NCBI GenBank assembly: GCA_002633005.1
Contig: NMRA01000001.1
Coordinates: 839,755-903,754, forward strand
Direction: 5' to 3'
Length of the DNA stretch: 64,000 bases
Source of the DNA: Phoronis australis
Lineage: Eukaryota > Animalia > Phoronida
A program made the translations under genes and the position numbers. Of the stretch, positions 37,972 through 48,800 are shown in pieces (positions within the stretch are counted from its first letter, which is position 1; every line of letters begins with the position of its first letter). Below the pieces are notes generated by a model. It saw only the letters and a list, made by a program, of their open reading frames with translations. It was not told the origin of the DNA and made no database searches.

Positions 37972-39815
37972 CCGTAAACGTTTGGGTTAACGCCCTGGGC
38001 GGTTAAATTGGCAAACCCAAAAAATCGGGGGTGGGCGGTTAACTACACATGGGCACTTAAACGTGAAACTTCAAAAAATCCAGGGTTGGCAGTTAACCGA
38101 ACATGGGCGCTTATTACAACAGGCAAGCGCCCTGGGCGGTTAATCTTACCCCGTGATCTAAGTACCCACACCACACACGTAGGCCTACTCGGAACGCGTA
38201 GCACTTTTCAAAGAGCGTTATCGTCACGTCACCACATGACGGGAAAAATGTCATAACAGCGGATGATCCTAACATAGGTTATCATGCCCTCAGATTAGTT
38301 ATTCACTATTAAATTTACAGAATTGCTGAGTGATAGCCCCGTGCCGTCCTGCGGTCTTGTTATTTAGCCCTGTAGAGCGCAGACAACCAGTGACCACACA
38401 GCCTCTACTTGGATTGCAACTATTTCATCTTGCTAAAGTGCGCACGTGCAAGCTTCACGTGTTGCGGAGGTCACAGCAGACATCAAATTTATGGTTACAG
38501 TATCGTACTAGCTGCCAAGTTCATAGTCAAGAAAGCAGTTTTAAATTTGGTTGTAATAAAAGTTTGAAAACCTCAATTCAGATGTTTTTTTGTGTTTGGG
38601 ATGTTTATAGTCAACACTCCGTGACTCAATGATATTTCCAGCGTATGGTTCTGTGGCTTGCTGTTTTATCTTGACTGCCAAGCATTGCTCACTTGCCGTC
38701 AAAGATACTATATCTATAAAATCTTTGTTGCCGTTGCGCCAAACATGCTCGGCAAAGAAGTAGGCCCAACACAAGAATCGGGGTTAAGCGGCCGTGTGCC
38801 ACTCGCCAATCAAGAATAAAATTTCGAGCCATGGCATAAATATGTGATAAAACGCTACAAAACAGTGATATGTTTCAATTCATAAACGATCACCTTACCA
38901 AACTTCGTGGTGGAAAAACATTTATTTTTCATGCAAGATGTCCAGATTATCCAGATTTATATCACTTGCAATATCGCACTGCGGCACTGTTCGGTCCCGT
39001 TGTTAGCGCGCAATGTCTCAGTCGGCTGAAAAACGTGACTTGGAAATGCCGTCAAGTAATACAACGGCCTCTTTCAATATGCATCTCGTTTTTTATGGCC
39101 AAAGATAGCGGCAGGATTCAGCACGCGCATAGGGCCTACTTGCGAGTCACCTGTCAATCACATGTTGGTGTCAAGGTAACATGCACTCCAAAGTGTGAGA
39201 ACTTGCGCGCGTGCACCACTACAAAGTCACACACCAAAAGAGAATAGTGACAGTCCTAAATAACAGAAACGGGCGTGACTATATACTTTTAACCATTGTC
39301 TCATTTCTCTGGCCTGATTTTTTCGAATATATGTTTTATCAAGTGCACTGCAGACGAAAACTCAGCGCGGCAGACAAAGTCGCTGAAAGCGGAGGTTTTG
39401 ACGCCGGCGGCGTTCTTAAACTTTGCAAACATGGGAAGAAAATAAAGTGACAAAAACGTTCAAGTATTATATTTTGATGTGAGTCCATGACCCAAGACAA
39501 TAACTCGTTACTTGTATAATTGCAATCCACATTGCTAAGCCACCGTCTTGGAGGCCCGGCGTCGTTGCGCTCATTGTGATCATCGATCTTTTTCTAAAAG
39601 TCGGGGAATCGCGCGTTTCCTTAGCACTGGGCGCTAAATCTTCATTCTTTAAAAGTCGGGGATGGGCGCTTAACCGAGAGGTGGGCGCTTAACTGGAAAT
39701 CTTAAAAAATCGCAGGGGGGCGCTTAACCGAGCAGTGGGCGGTTAAATCGAAAATCCACCTAAAGTTGGGGGTGGGTGGTTAACTGAGCATGGGCGTTAA
39801 CCCGAACGTTTACGG
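37972..39815. mobile_element. 1.84-kb non-autonomous Tc1/mariner-pogo-type element (TA TSD)
   Basis: ta|ccgtaaacgtttgggttaacgccc...gggcgttaacccgaacgtttacgg|ta with multiple gggcg(g/c)ttaa subterminal repeats at both ends. Confidence 0.8.
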
Positions 39816-39859
39816 TAATACTTATTAAAAAGTTAGTCACCTTGGTTTGCATTGCAGAA

Positions 39860-41862
39860 TGCAAAAATTCTAATGAAGGAATACAAAGCCCGTAAAAAGG
39901 CACAACTTGGCAACGAATGGCTTAGAAGAGAAAAGTCTTAGTAGAGGAACATTATGAGTGATATTCAAATCTTTCTTGAATGAGCGACAATTCAAGAACG
40001 TTGCCTGGTAAAGCCAACGCAGTCAAAGTTGAGAAAAGCAAGATTCATAAGCGAGTACTAAATGATTACATGCCTAGTAACCTGCAACACAAATTCCGAG
40101 TCCTTGGCGACATTCTGCCGTGCAAGACCATCGCATATTGCCCTGGTAAACTCATTGAGATCAGTTTGCTTACACCCCAAGCATCAGAATTTTGCACTCA
40201 AGCTGAGATGTTTGAAAGACTTGAAAGTCACCAAATGCACAAGCCCAGACAAATTCCTGGGAACTCACAGCCATAGCGACCTAGACGGAAACCTTGGTCA
40301 AGTCACAAAAACCACAACAAATGTGGAGTACCGAGAGTGGAGAAGAGTGAAATTGGCAGACGGAAAGGAAAAAATGCGTATCGTAGAAGCTAAATTGCCT
40401 AGCAATGAGTTCATGAAGGAGTCCCGAAGCTTGTTCGCAAACCACGTGAGAAGTCATCACCCAGTACAAAGCACTGAAGAAAATGAAAGAAAGATTGTAA
40501 CCAAGTCACGTGCTAATCCAGATGGACTTCGCACAAAATTATTGCTGTCAAAATATGGACGAAATACAGTCAGCTTACTGGAATGCAACAGCTGTGACTC
40601 TACACCCCACAGTAATATACTACTGCAGTGGCGGATCTAGGATATCACAAGGGGGGGCCCAACACTTTGTCCGGCTGTAAGCATTTGCGCAAACTGAACC
40701 ACGATTGTAGATGCGCATAAGCACCGCCCAGGAAATTTTTCTGTTTTTACCTCTAAAAATCAAGCATTTTCCTTGATTCCTGAAGTAATATCCAAGAAAA
40801 AAGGCAAGAAAAAAATGAGAACGTGTCAAACAGGAAAAACTGCAAGTACCAAAGACTCGAACTCTCGACCTGGAGGATAATGCGCGCGTGCGTTACCTCT
40901 ACACCACCACGATTTTACTACTTCTCTCATACCAAGAGACCTACTTGTTTATGGTCCACAGCGTTTGCGTGCGAACCTACTTCTTTTTGTAATGCTTATT
41001 ACACGTTTTATATTTTGTGCCATCAATTCTTGACAAATTTGTCGTATTTAAAATGCCCAAAAGACCAAATCCGTTTTTCGTGTTAGCAATAATGACGGGA
41101 TTGCTTTGGAAATCGTCTTATGATAAGGTTTGACAAAGAGAGTATTGCGAGTTTCTGAGTGATTCACATCTTACCAGCAGCTTCTGTTTTTTCATCGCCA
41201 CTCAGGTTCCATTTTCTTTAAAAAATTAAGTAAATTTTCTTCATTGCACAGTGGAGCAGACGACGGAAACGGAGTCGTAGTGCGCAGCGCCACTGCCGGT
41301 CGCCTGGGATATCGCGGGAGAGCCTATACTTAGACATAGTTCCGTTACGAATGCGCCGTGTTACGAATTTGATACTTGAAATTGGATTTGAGCGCCCCCC
41401 CCAACACTAAAACTGCACACATTTAAATCTTTTTTCATCCGTACAATTTTAATTACCGGGGTTAATTAATAAACTCAACATTTCCCTACACTCTTACCGT
41501 TTTATTTTTTTTGCGGCACCCAAGGGGGGGAGGGCCGGGCCCTCTGGGCCCCCCCCCTAAATCCGCCTATGTACTGAAGTGAGGATGGTGGATGGTGATA
41601 AAAGTACCATCGTTGTCTCGGAGGTTCTTCAACACAATGCACCAATGGTCCTTGCCATCATCAGCAAGGTCATGGCGTTTGTGAAGCAGTTCGTGGGACG
41701 ACAGGAAGCAGTTCACTTTTGGACGGACTCACCAATGTCCCAGTACACTAGTACAGGAACAAAACAATCTTCAACTTTGTGAGATTTCACGATGTATACG
41801 GCGTCCGAGCCTCATGGCAGTATTTCGAGGCAGGGCATGGCAAGCATCCATGTGACGGACGT
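39860..41862 (+). pseudogene. Decayed DDE transposase, Sola2-like, interrupted by a MITE
   Basis: Frameshifted pieces: SDNSRTLPGK..KRVLNDYM, FCRARPSHI..VCLHPKHQNFALKL, QMDFAQNYCCQNMDEIQSAYWNATAVTLHPTVIYY (40519-40623), SEVLQHNAPMV..VHFWTDSPMSQY, ASWQYFEAGHGKHPCDG (~41810-41860). The superfamily label comes from recalled motifs (DFAENY / EIQSAYW / HGKxPCDG), not a search. Confidence 0.75.
40626..41571. mobile_element. 946-bp non-autonomous element with 5-bp TSD (tactg), nested in the transposase
   Basis: tactg|cagtggcggatctagg...cctaaatccgcctatg|tactg with G/C-run subtermini. Confidence 0.82.
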
Positions 41863-42712
41863 TAAACTAAGAAAAAACAATGCGTTAGCTTGATACTTGA
41901 AAATCGAGTTTCTTCGGTGTCGCGATTCATTGAGAATAGATCATCTGAAGTTTTGCTGTTGGCCCGCCAGGGTTGTGGGCTCAATGAATTTATATTTATT
42001 GAATAGAAGCAAATTTTCTACTCACTGCAAGTTTTCCACATTGATTTCCCATAGCTAACGTGAACACAAAGCAACGCAGCTATGACAATCGTGAGCCCCA
42101 TTTTGGAAAAATAGTTAATGCCGACCGCACTCCGTTGAGTTTGTTGTTTTCATTGAAGGTCATGTGCCTGTCATGCTGTTATCAGCTCAATTTTCGCGAA
42201 ATAAAAATCATGAAACGAACAATTCTGCTTGTTAATCTTATATATTCTAAAAAGTTATATTATAATATTCATATTTCGGAAAATTTTTATTATATAATTT
42301 ATTTTTTAAACTTACTTACACAAACAACAATTCAAAATATATGAAAAATTTAATTACGGTTCTAGATGGTGATTACTAATTTTTAAAAGCCACAATATTT
42401 AAGTTAGGGGCGTATTGGTACATTTTTATGAAAATTTGGAGCAAGACAATTTGAAAAGTTGGGGAATTTCGATACATAGCACTTTCATCTAAATTGAAAA
42501 GTATTTCACCAAAAAAAACAATGTAATCATATACTCATTGATGCATCATTAATGAAATTTAAGACAATGCAACCCCTTGTTTTTTATCATGGACTCGTCC
42601 GCGACCTTGGCCTTCAAAAGCCATCTTCACAGTTTCGGGTGAATGTGTTGCAAGTTATACTGGTTCAAAAAGATGTAGTTAATTTGGAAGTAACCCCACT
42701 TATGGTGAAGTC

Positions 42713-42818
42713 ATGTTCAGTAAGAAATCTCACGCGGATTCTAAGAAATCTGCACAGAAAGTTTTGGACCCTAAAAAAGACAGCGTTACAAGACTGAAAC
42801 ACCTGCGAACGGTCATTG
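42713..42818 (+). CDS. RALGAPA1: RalGAP-alpha coding exon 1
   Basis: [35 protein letters not shown]; donor G|gtaaga. Confidence 0.93.
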
Positions 42819-45800
42819 GTAAGATTTAACAAGGTTGCAAAACAGTCCTGAGTCAAGTGACTTCTGTTTAAACTAAAGTCGCTTTTCAATACTCTGTCGT
42901 CATTTGCCTAAGGAGTCGCACGTATTTTCCGTGGACTTTGTCTTTTTTTGTCCTTTAAACATAAACCAAACTATCTCAAATATCCCACAATGCCCAGCAG
43001 ACAGTCCCAGCTCCTAAGTTAGAAAGGACCTGCCCACTTTTATAGTGACAGATCAGAGCTATGCAGGTGACCCCTGTTGCAGCCCAAATTGATGCCTGCG
43101 CCAAATTGATTTGGCGTGGGTTGGTGAGCCAAACTGATGCCTACGTCAAACTAAAGCTACTGTAAGTTCTCAAATTTCTGTCGATGGTTTTTATGTTTTT
43201 TCGGTTATCAGAACTGAAATTGACGACAAAGTCAATGAGTGCATCGTGGTGCATAATAGTTTCGCAGGACACTTCCTCCATGTGATTAATTCATTTGACC
43301 TACATACGTGAGCATTAAACCGCTTGCAGTAATTAGGGAACTTACGGTAGCTTCAGTTTGATGCAGGCATCAGTTTGACTCACCAACCCACAGGCGTCTT
43401 CAGCTTTTGATTGTCCCCAATAGGCTATATATACATACATATACTACAAGGTATGACACTCGGGACTTGAAATTTCACGGGTGCTTCACTTCTGCCGTCT
43501 ATATCAAACACAAAACTCAATAAATTTAAGCAAAACTAGTTCAACAAAGCATGTTCTTTCGTCTAATATCATTTACAGTGTCCTGCTCCATCGAGTTCGC
43601 AACAAATTCGAAATCAAAGAACAAAAATCTTCACAAAAAGCACATACGTACCAACTACTTTGTCAAATACAGTAGGGAATTATCTGATAAGTTGCAGATA
43701 GACGGCAATTGCCGGTTCATCACGGAAGGTTATGAAATAGTGCGTTATTGATGTTGTGACTTTCCATGACAAATCGGCAATTTCTGGTTGACAAAGTAGT
43801 TAGTACGCATGGGGTTTTTGGGAAGATTTTTGTGCTTTGACCTCGGAGCAGGACACCATAAGTGGTATTTGAAGAAAGAACAATTGCTAATGGTTTGTTG
43901 AAGCCCTATTTTGTGTAAATTTATTGAGTTTTGTGTTCGATATGGACGGCTGAAGTGAAGTACCCGTGGAATTCCTAGTACCGAGTATCATACCTTGTAG
44001 TATCATATGTAGTGGATTGGCGACGATCAGAAGCTGAGAACGCCTGTGCACCAACACATGCCAAATTGAAGGTTTGGTGCAGGCATCAGTTTGGGTTGCA
44101 ATGACCCCCACTTTGCCATGGGAACTACCTCGCTCAGAGTACATGACTGTCATATGTACTAAAGTGTACACTATAACCACTAGGCAGTGTTACCGTTTCT
44201 ATTTAGTAGTAGAAACGGTGGCACTCCCATAGGGCATTCATACTCCGAAAGCATTTTGGCGAATTATGCCTCAGACTCATTAAAACATCAAAGCCTGTTG
44301 TGCATAGAGGGTTACCTTAGGAGGCCGTCGATGTCTTTAATTCCTTCCAACTCGAACAAATACTCCCGTAATCGAACTTTTTTTCAAGCGGTCTTTCATT
44401 CAGTTTCCCAAATCGGCAGCTGGCCATTTTTACCCGACTTGCGCCAGAACATATGACATCACATCTCTAGACCAGTGGAAAAAATAGCGTCGCCATCAGG
44501 TACATTTTTTGGTTTTCGCAATTTTTTAACATGTTTAGGTTTTCTGTTGTGGAGAATGCTGTTTAAACGTTTTTATTTTGGCCCTTAAGTCCATGATTAC
44601 GTTCAAGTTTCCCAAATAAAGATAATTTTCATTGTATATGTATTGGTGGAGTTCATGGTGAGGTGAAGCATGCGAAAGGGATTTGATTGTTTTGTAATTG
44701 TCATATGACTTGTTTCTCTGCTTAGTTCATTACAAAGTAACAACAAATAGCCACAATACGACAACGGCTAATTAGCGTCAGGACAGTGATAAGGGATATC
44801 GATTTTATCAGCAAAATGGTCGCTAGGAACACATCAACGCGTTGTACTCACTCTACAAAGTATTTCCTTAGTTACTCTACTTTGATCAGTCCAAGACCTT
44901 AGTGTTTTCCTCTAGACTCGAGTGTACCGCATAATCTCTGTAGAGTTGTGAACACCTCAGATTTCAATTGCAACCTGAAACTTCCAAAAAGAACGTGACA
45001 ACGTTGCATCGTCTGGTTGGCACTAGTCTAGTGCCAAATATCTTTCACACCTATCCCTATGGTCATACATATTTAAATAAAATGGCTTGGAGATGGGAGT
45101 TAAGCTGAAGTATCTTCACTGAGAATGCTAACAACCACCGTATCTGTCCGGGTAAGCAGTGAACTTAGAACTACGGAGCTTTGAAGGATAGGGGTTTAAC
45201 ACGGGTAGCATCGTGAGTCCATTGTACATAAGACTAGTAAGGACTTTTACAAGCAGTCGTGGTATAGGCCCACAACATAAGGAATCCACCACGCCTCGTG
45301 TTCTGCATTTTTGTAATGGTGTTCTCCAATATAGTTTTGCACTGTCTTGTCTAGACTGAGCAGCTGGACTAAGATGTGCAAAACACAAAAAATTGGTTGG
45401 GCTTATATTTAAGTGTACGGAGTAAATCATAACAGGATGCAAATTCAGATAATTTAGTTGCTTAGTTACATACAGGGCTAAAGTAATCGCACAAAATATC
45501 TTTCAGTCATGACGGCTAATTATGTTAATAGCAAAAATGACTGGTAACGAGTTTAAGATCTGCAAAATTCTAATTAGAGAATGCCGTAGCCATCTTTTAA
45601 ATTTTCCTGTTGATTCGCCTTCATTTTCGATCACTAAAAAGGCTACTCTGGTGATGAATGAAGCATTCGCCCCCACCGTCGTGACAAAAAGGATACTCCA
45701 ATGTCAATAGGCTACGAAAAATATATACCGAAACAGCACAACCACAATTTTCTGTTTCACATTTCTTGATAGTATTCCAATAATTATTAATCACTGATAT

Positions 45801-48800
45801 GTCTGAACAACAGGCCACAAACTCTATCATTCCATATTTACACTTACTCCATCAGTCATGCCAGTTTGTGTACATATGAAGCGCTACTTATTGGCAATTC
45901 GACCAGCCAATCAGAAACCCCGGCGTAAAAATTTTTCCTGAAAAAAATAAATGATACCTGCATGACCCATTACCCCTAGTGGACACGCAGGCAACCATCG
46001 AGTCGGCATGCACAGCATATAAATCTTCATTCTCTGTACAGATAGATGGCAATGGCTTCTTCACATTAATAGTTGCTAGTGTCTTGCTGTAAGATGGCAG
46101 TCTGTTGCCAATAGAAGGAGAAATAATCCTACTTTGGTAATGTCTCCGTGATTCCGGACATACTCGCCAAGAAAGTTAGTTATTAATTGGTGTTTGTTAC
46201 TTTCAGATGCAAACTGAAAATCACCGTTTTCGGTATTGTTACGGTAAAATCTCAATTTCGGTTAAAGGAATTGCCAAAATTGCCCCTTTTCACTTTTCAA
46301 GGACTTCTAGATGTTGGGAATACCCACAGTTCCTCACAGCATAGCTGGTAGCTGTGGTACAGAACTTCAGACCATCTAATGCCATTAATTTGATGCTGCG
46401 TATTCTCAGTGAAAAAATTAGAAAATATAATTTCACTTGTCTGTCGTATGTTTGCTTTAAATTGGTGAGCGTTTACCGTAATTTGATAGTCACTCTACAG
46501 TTTAATTTTGAGTGATTGTCACCGGTTTTGGGTTTACATCAAGGCAGTTTCTGGTCATTCATAATGTATCTCTTTGTGTTCTTAGTTTAGTACATATTGA
46601 GTACATTCTGCAGTAGCACAATCATTTCCTTGTAAGCGAATATAGCATCTTTATTATAGACGCATGTTATATTCGGCTGAGCAGAACTGTAGAGAAAGCT
46701 ATGTTCTGTACCACGCGTGTTTCAAGCCTGCTGCCTGGGAGAGGGTTTATTTTGCTATGTTCTTATCAGGAGTGGCTGTGAAAAATTAATAATTTGTTTT
46801 TGTATACCGAGTCAAAACAATTTTACATTCTACAAGGCTTGTTGTGGATAAACATGTTGATAATTTTCTTAAGTTTTGGTTATGTTTCAACTTTCATAAT
46901 CATCGTTCCCGTTCAAAGTCATAGTTCGAGACATGAGAGAAGGGCTTCTTGATGCAGCCAAGCTCCAATCACTTTTCAGTATGAGACTAGTGATTTATTT
47001 TAAGCCTTCCCGTCTTTTTGCTCCATCTCGAGGTTAAAAAAACAGGGCAAATTGTCTTCTAATTATTCCAAGATACATACTATCACCTAGAATAGACTGT
47101 ATCCTGCTGTGAATACACGCTATATCGCTATATCGGATATTAATGGGTCTTAGTCTTATATTATGTCTCACTTTTGTAGTCATTAGGAACTCTTGGGTGA
47201 CCAGCTAGAATGCCTGTCCTGTTATTTTCTGGCGCAAAGTTCTATTGCTAAAACTTTCCAAAAATACCCTGGTTCCATTTGAAGAATGATATTTTGCATG
47301 GTTCATTGTTTTACGTATTGCATTATATTTATTATTTATTATTTATAATAGGAAAACAAATGAACGTTTTTTGCATTGTTCCCTCGTCGTCTTGAGTTTA
47401 CTTCAGCTGATACAATTTAACATATGAGCGGTCATACACAATACAGACTACTCTTGGGGCAATCTCGTGCGCTAATCAAAATCTTCGCAAGGGCTTGTGA
47501 ACAATTTAGAAAAAGTCTAGATGTGAGGATTTATCCGGAAACTCCGTTCTTAAATGATTATGTCTGATGCAAACAAAAATAAAACATGTTTCATCTTCAA
47601 TTAGATTTTTGTACTGGTACTGTACAAAAGCTTTCATTTAACAGAGTTCCTGAGAAACTCCCTAATTTCTGTCCTCAATTGTGCCAACAGAGACTTCGAT
47701 GTAGCAGGGAAATATACTTAGTTTTCAATACAGTTCTCTGACTTAACTGCCTTATAAAACGTAATTTAGGTTTTAAGCTAATCAAATCGCTCCAAGTACT
47801 TTCCTCCTTTTCAAAACATAAATAAAAATGTTCCACACCAACCATATGTTTGTAATAAATGCATGCAACATTTGAACCTGTGATAATATATCTTTGATAG
47901 ATGAGCTCCAGATTTTTTTGTATATATTATAATCGTAAATAAACATTTTGCTGTTGTGTTTTCATCCATCACGGTCAAAGGATTCCATTAATCACATTTG
48001 TTTTAGGCCATAACAGAAGCACAAACTTTCAAATTAGCGCGTAAGTGAATAATGACATATTTATCCAACGTTTCGTTTCGGTATAGTTTGTTCACCACCT
48101 GTGTCGCCTGTTTGAGTATACGAACTGTTTCCTTGAGAATGGTCTAAAGTAATAAACCAGGTACAGTCTGTTCTCCACCTGTGTCGCCTGTTTGAGTATA
48201 TGAACTGTTTCCTTGAGAATGGTTTAAAACAATAAACCAAAACGTTGGATAAATATGTCGTTATTCACTTACGTGCTAATTTTAAAGGATTCCATAAGTG
48301 GATCATGTTATCATGTTATTTATAAACTGCTGTTGCCAAGCCAGTGTCGCTGTAGAGGACTGTATTAATTGCTGCATATTTTGTAGTCATTTGATACTGA
48401 CTAGATTGTTTGTACTGTTGTTTCCTGGCTCAAATTGCTGGTGCTAAAGCTTTCCTAAAATCTCCAAGTTCCCCTTGAAGGTGATAGTTTTCACGCTTCA
48501 CTGATTTACATGTAAACAATGGTTGATTAATTGTTCTGCCCACTACAAAACCTCTTTAATTTCGTAGAAAGAGATGATTTTTTGCTAAAAACTTAAGACC
48601 ATTACTGAAACAAAAAACTATTTGGCTATCAGCGAATGTCAAAAGTATGGTCCAATTTGTAATTAACATTTTCTTTTAATCAAAAATGTGAAAATGTCAC
48701 CTTTTCTTGACAACTTACAGATTCAAGATTGACAGCTGAGTTTGTAATTAACGCTGCCTGCCTAGTTAATGTGGTGCAGATTGAGAATTCCTAGAATTAT

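Noticed and set aside
45958-46030. Candidate NPC2 exon 1 ([24 protein letters not shown], phase-1 donor, minus strand)
   Set aside because: No hydrophobic signal-peptide core or terminal F/W-x-D-C motif, and it lies inside RalGAP intron 1; unsupported.
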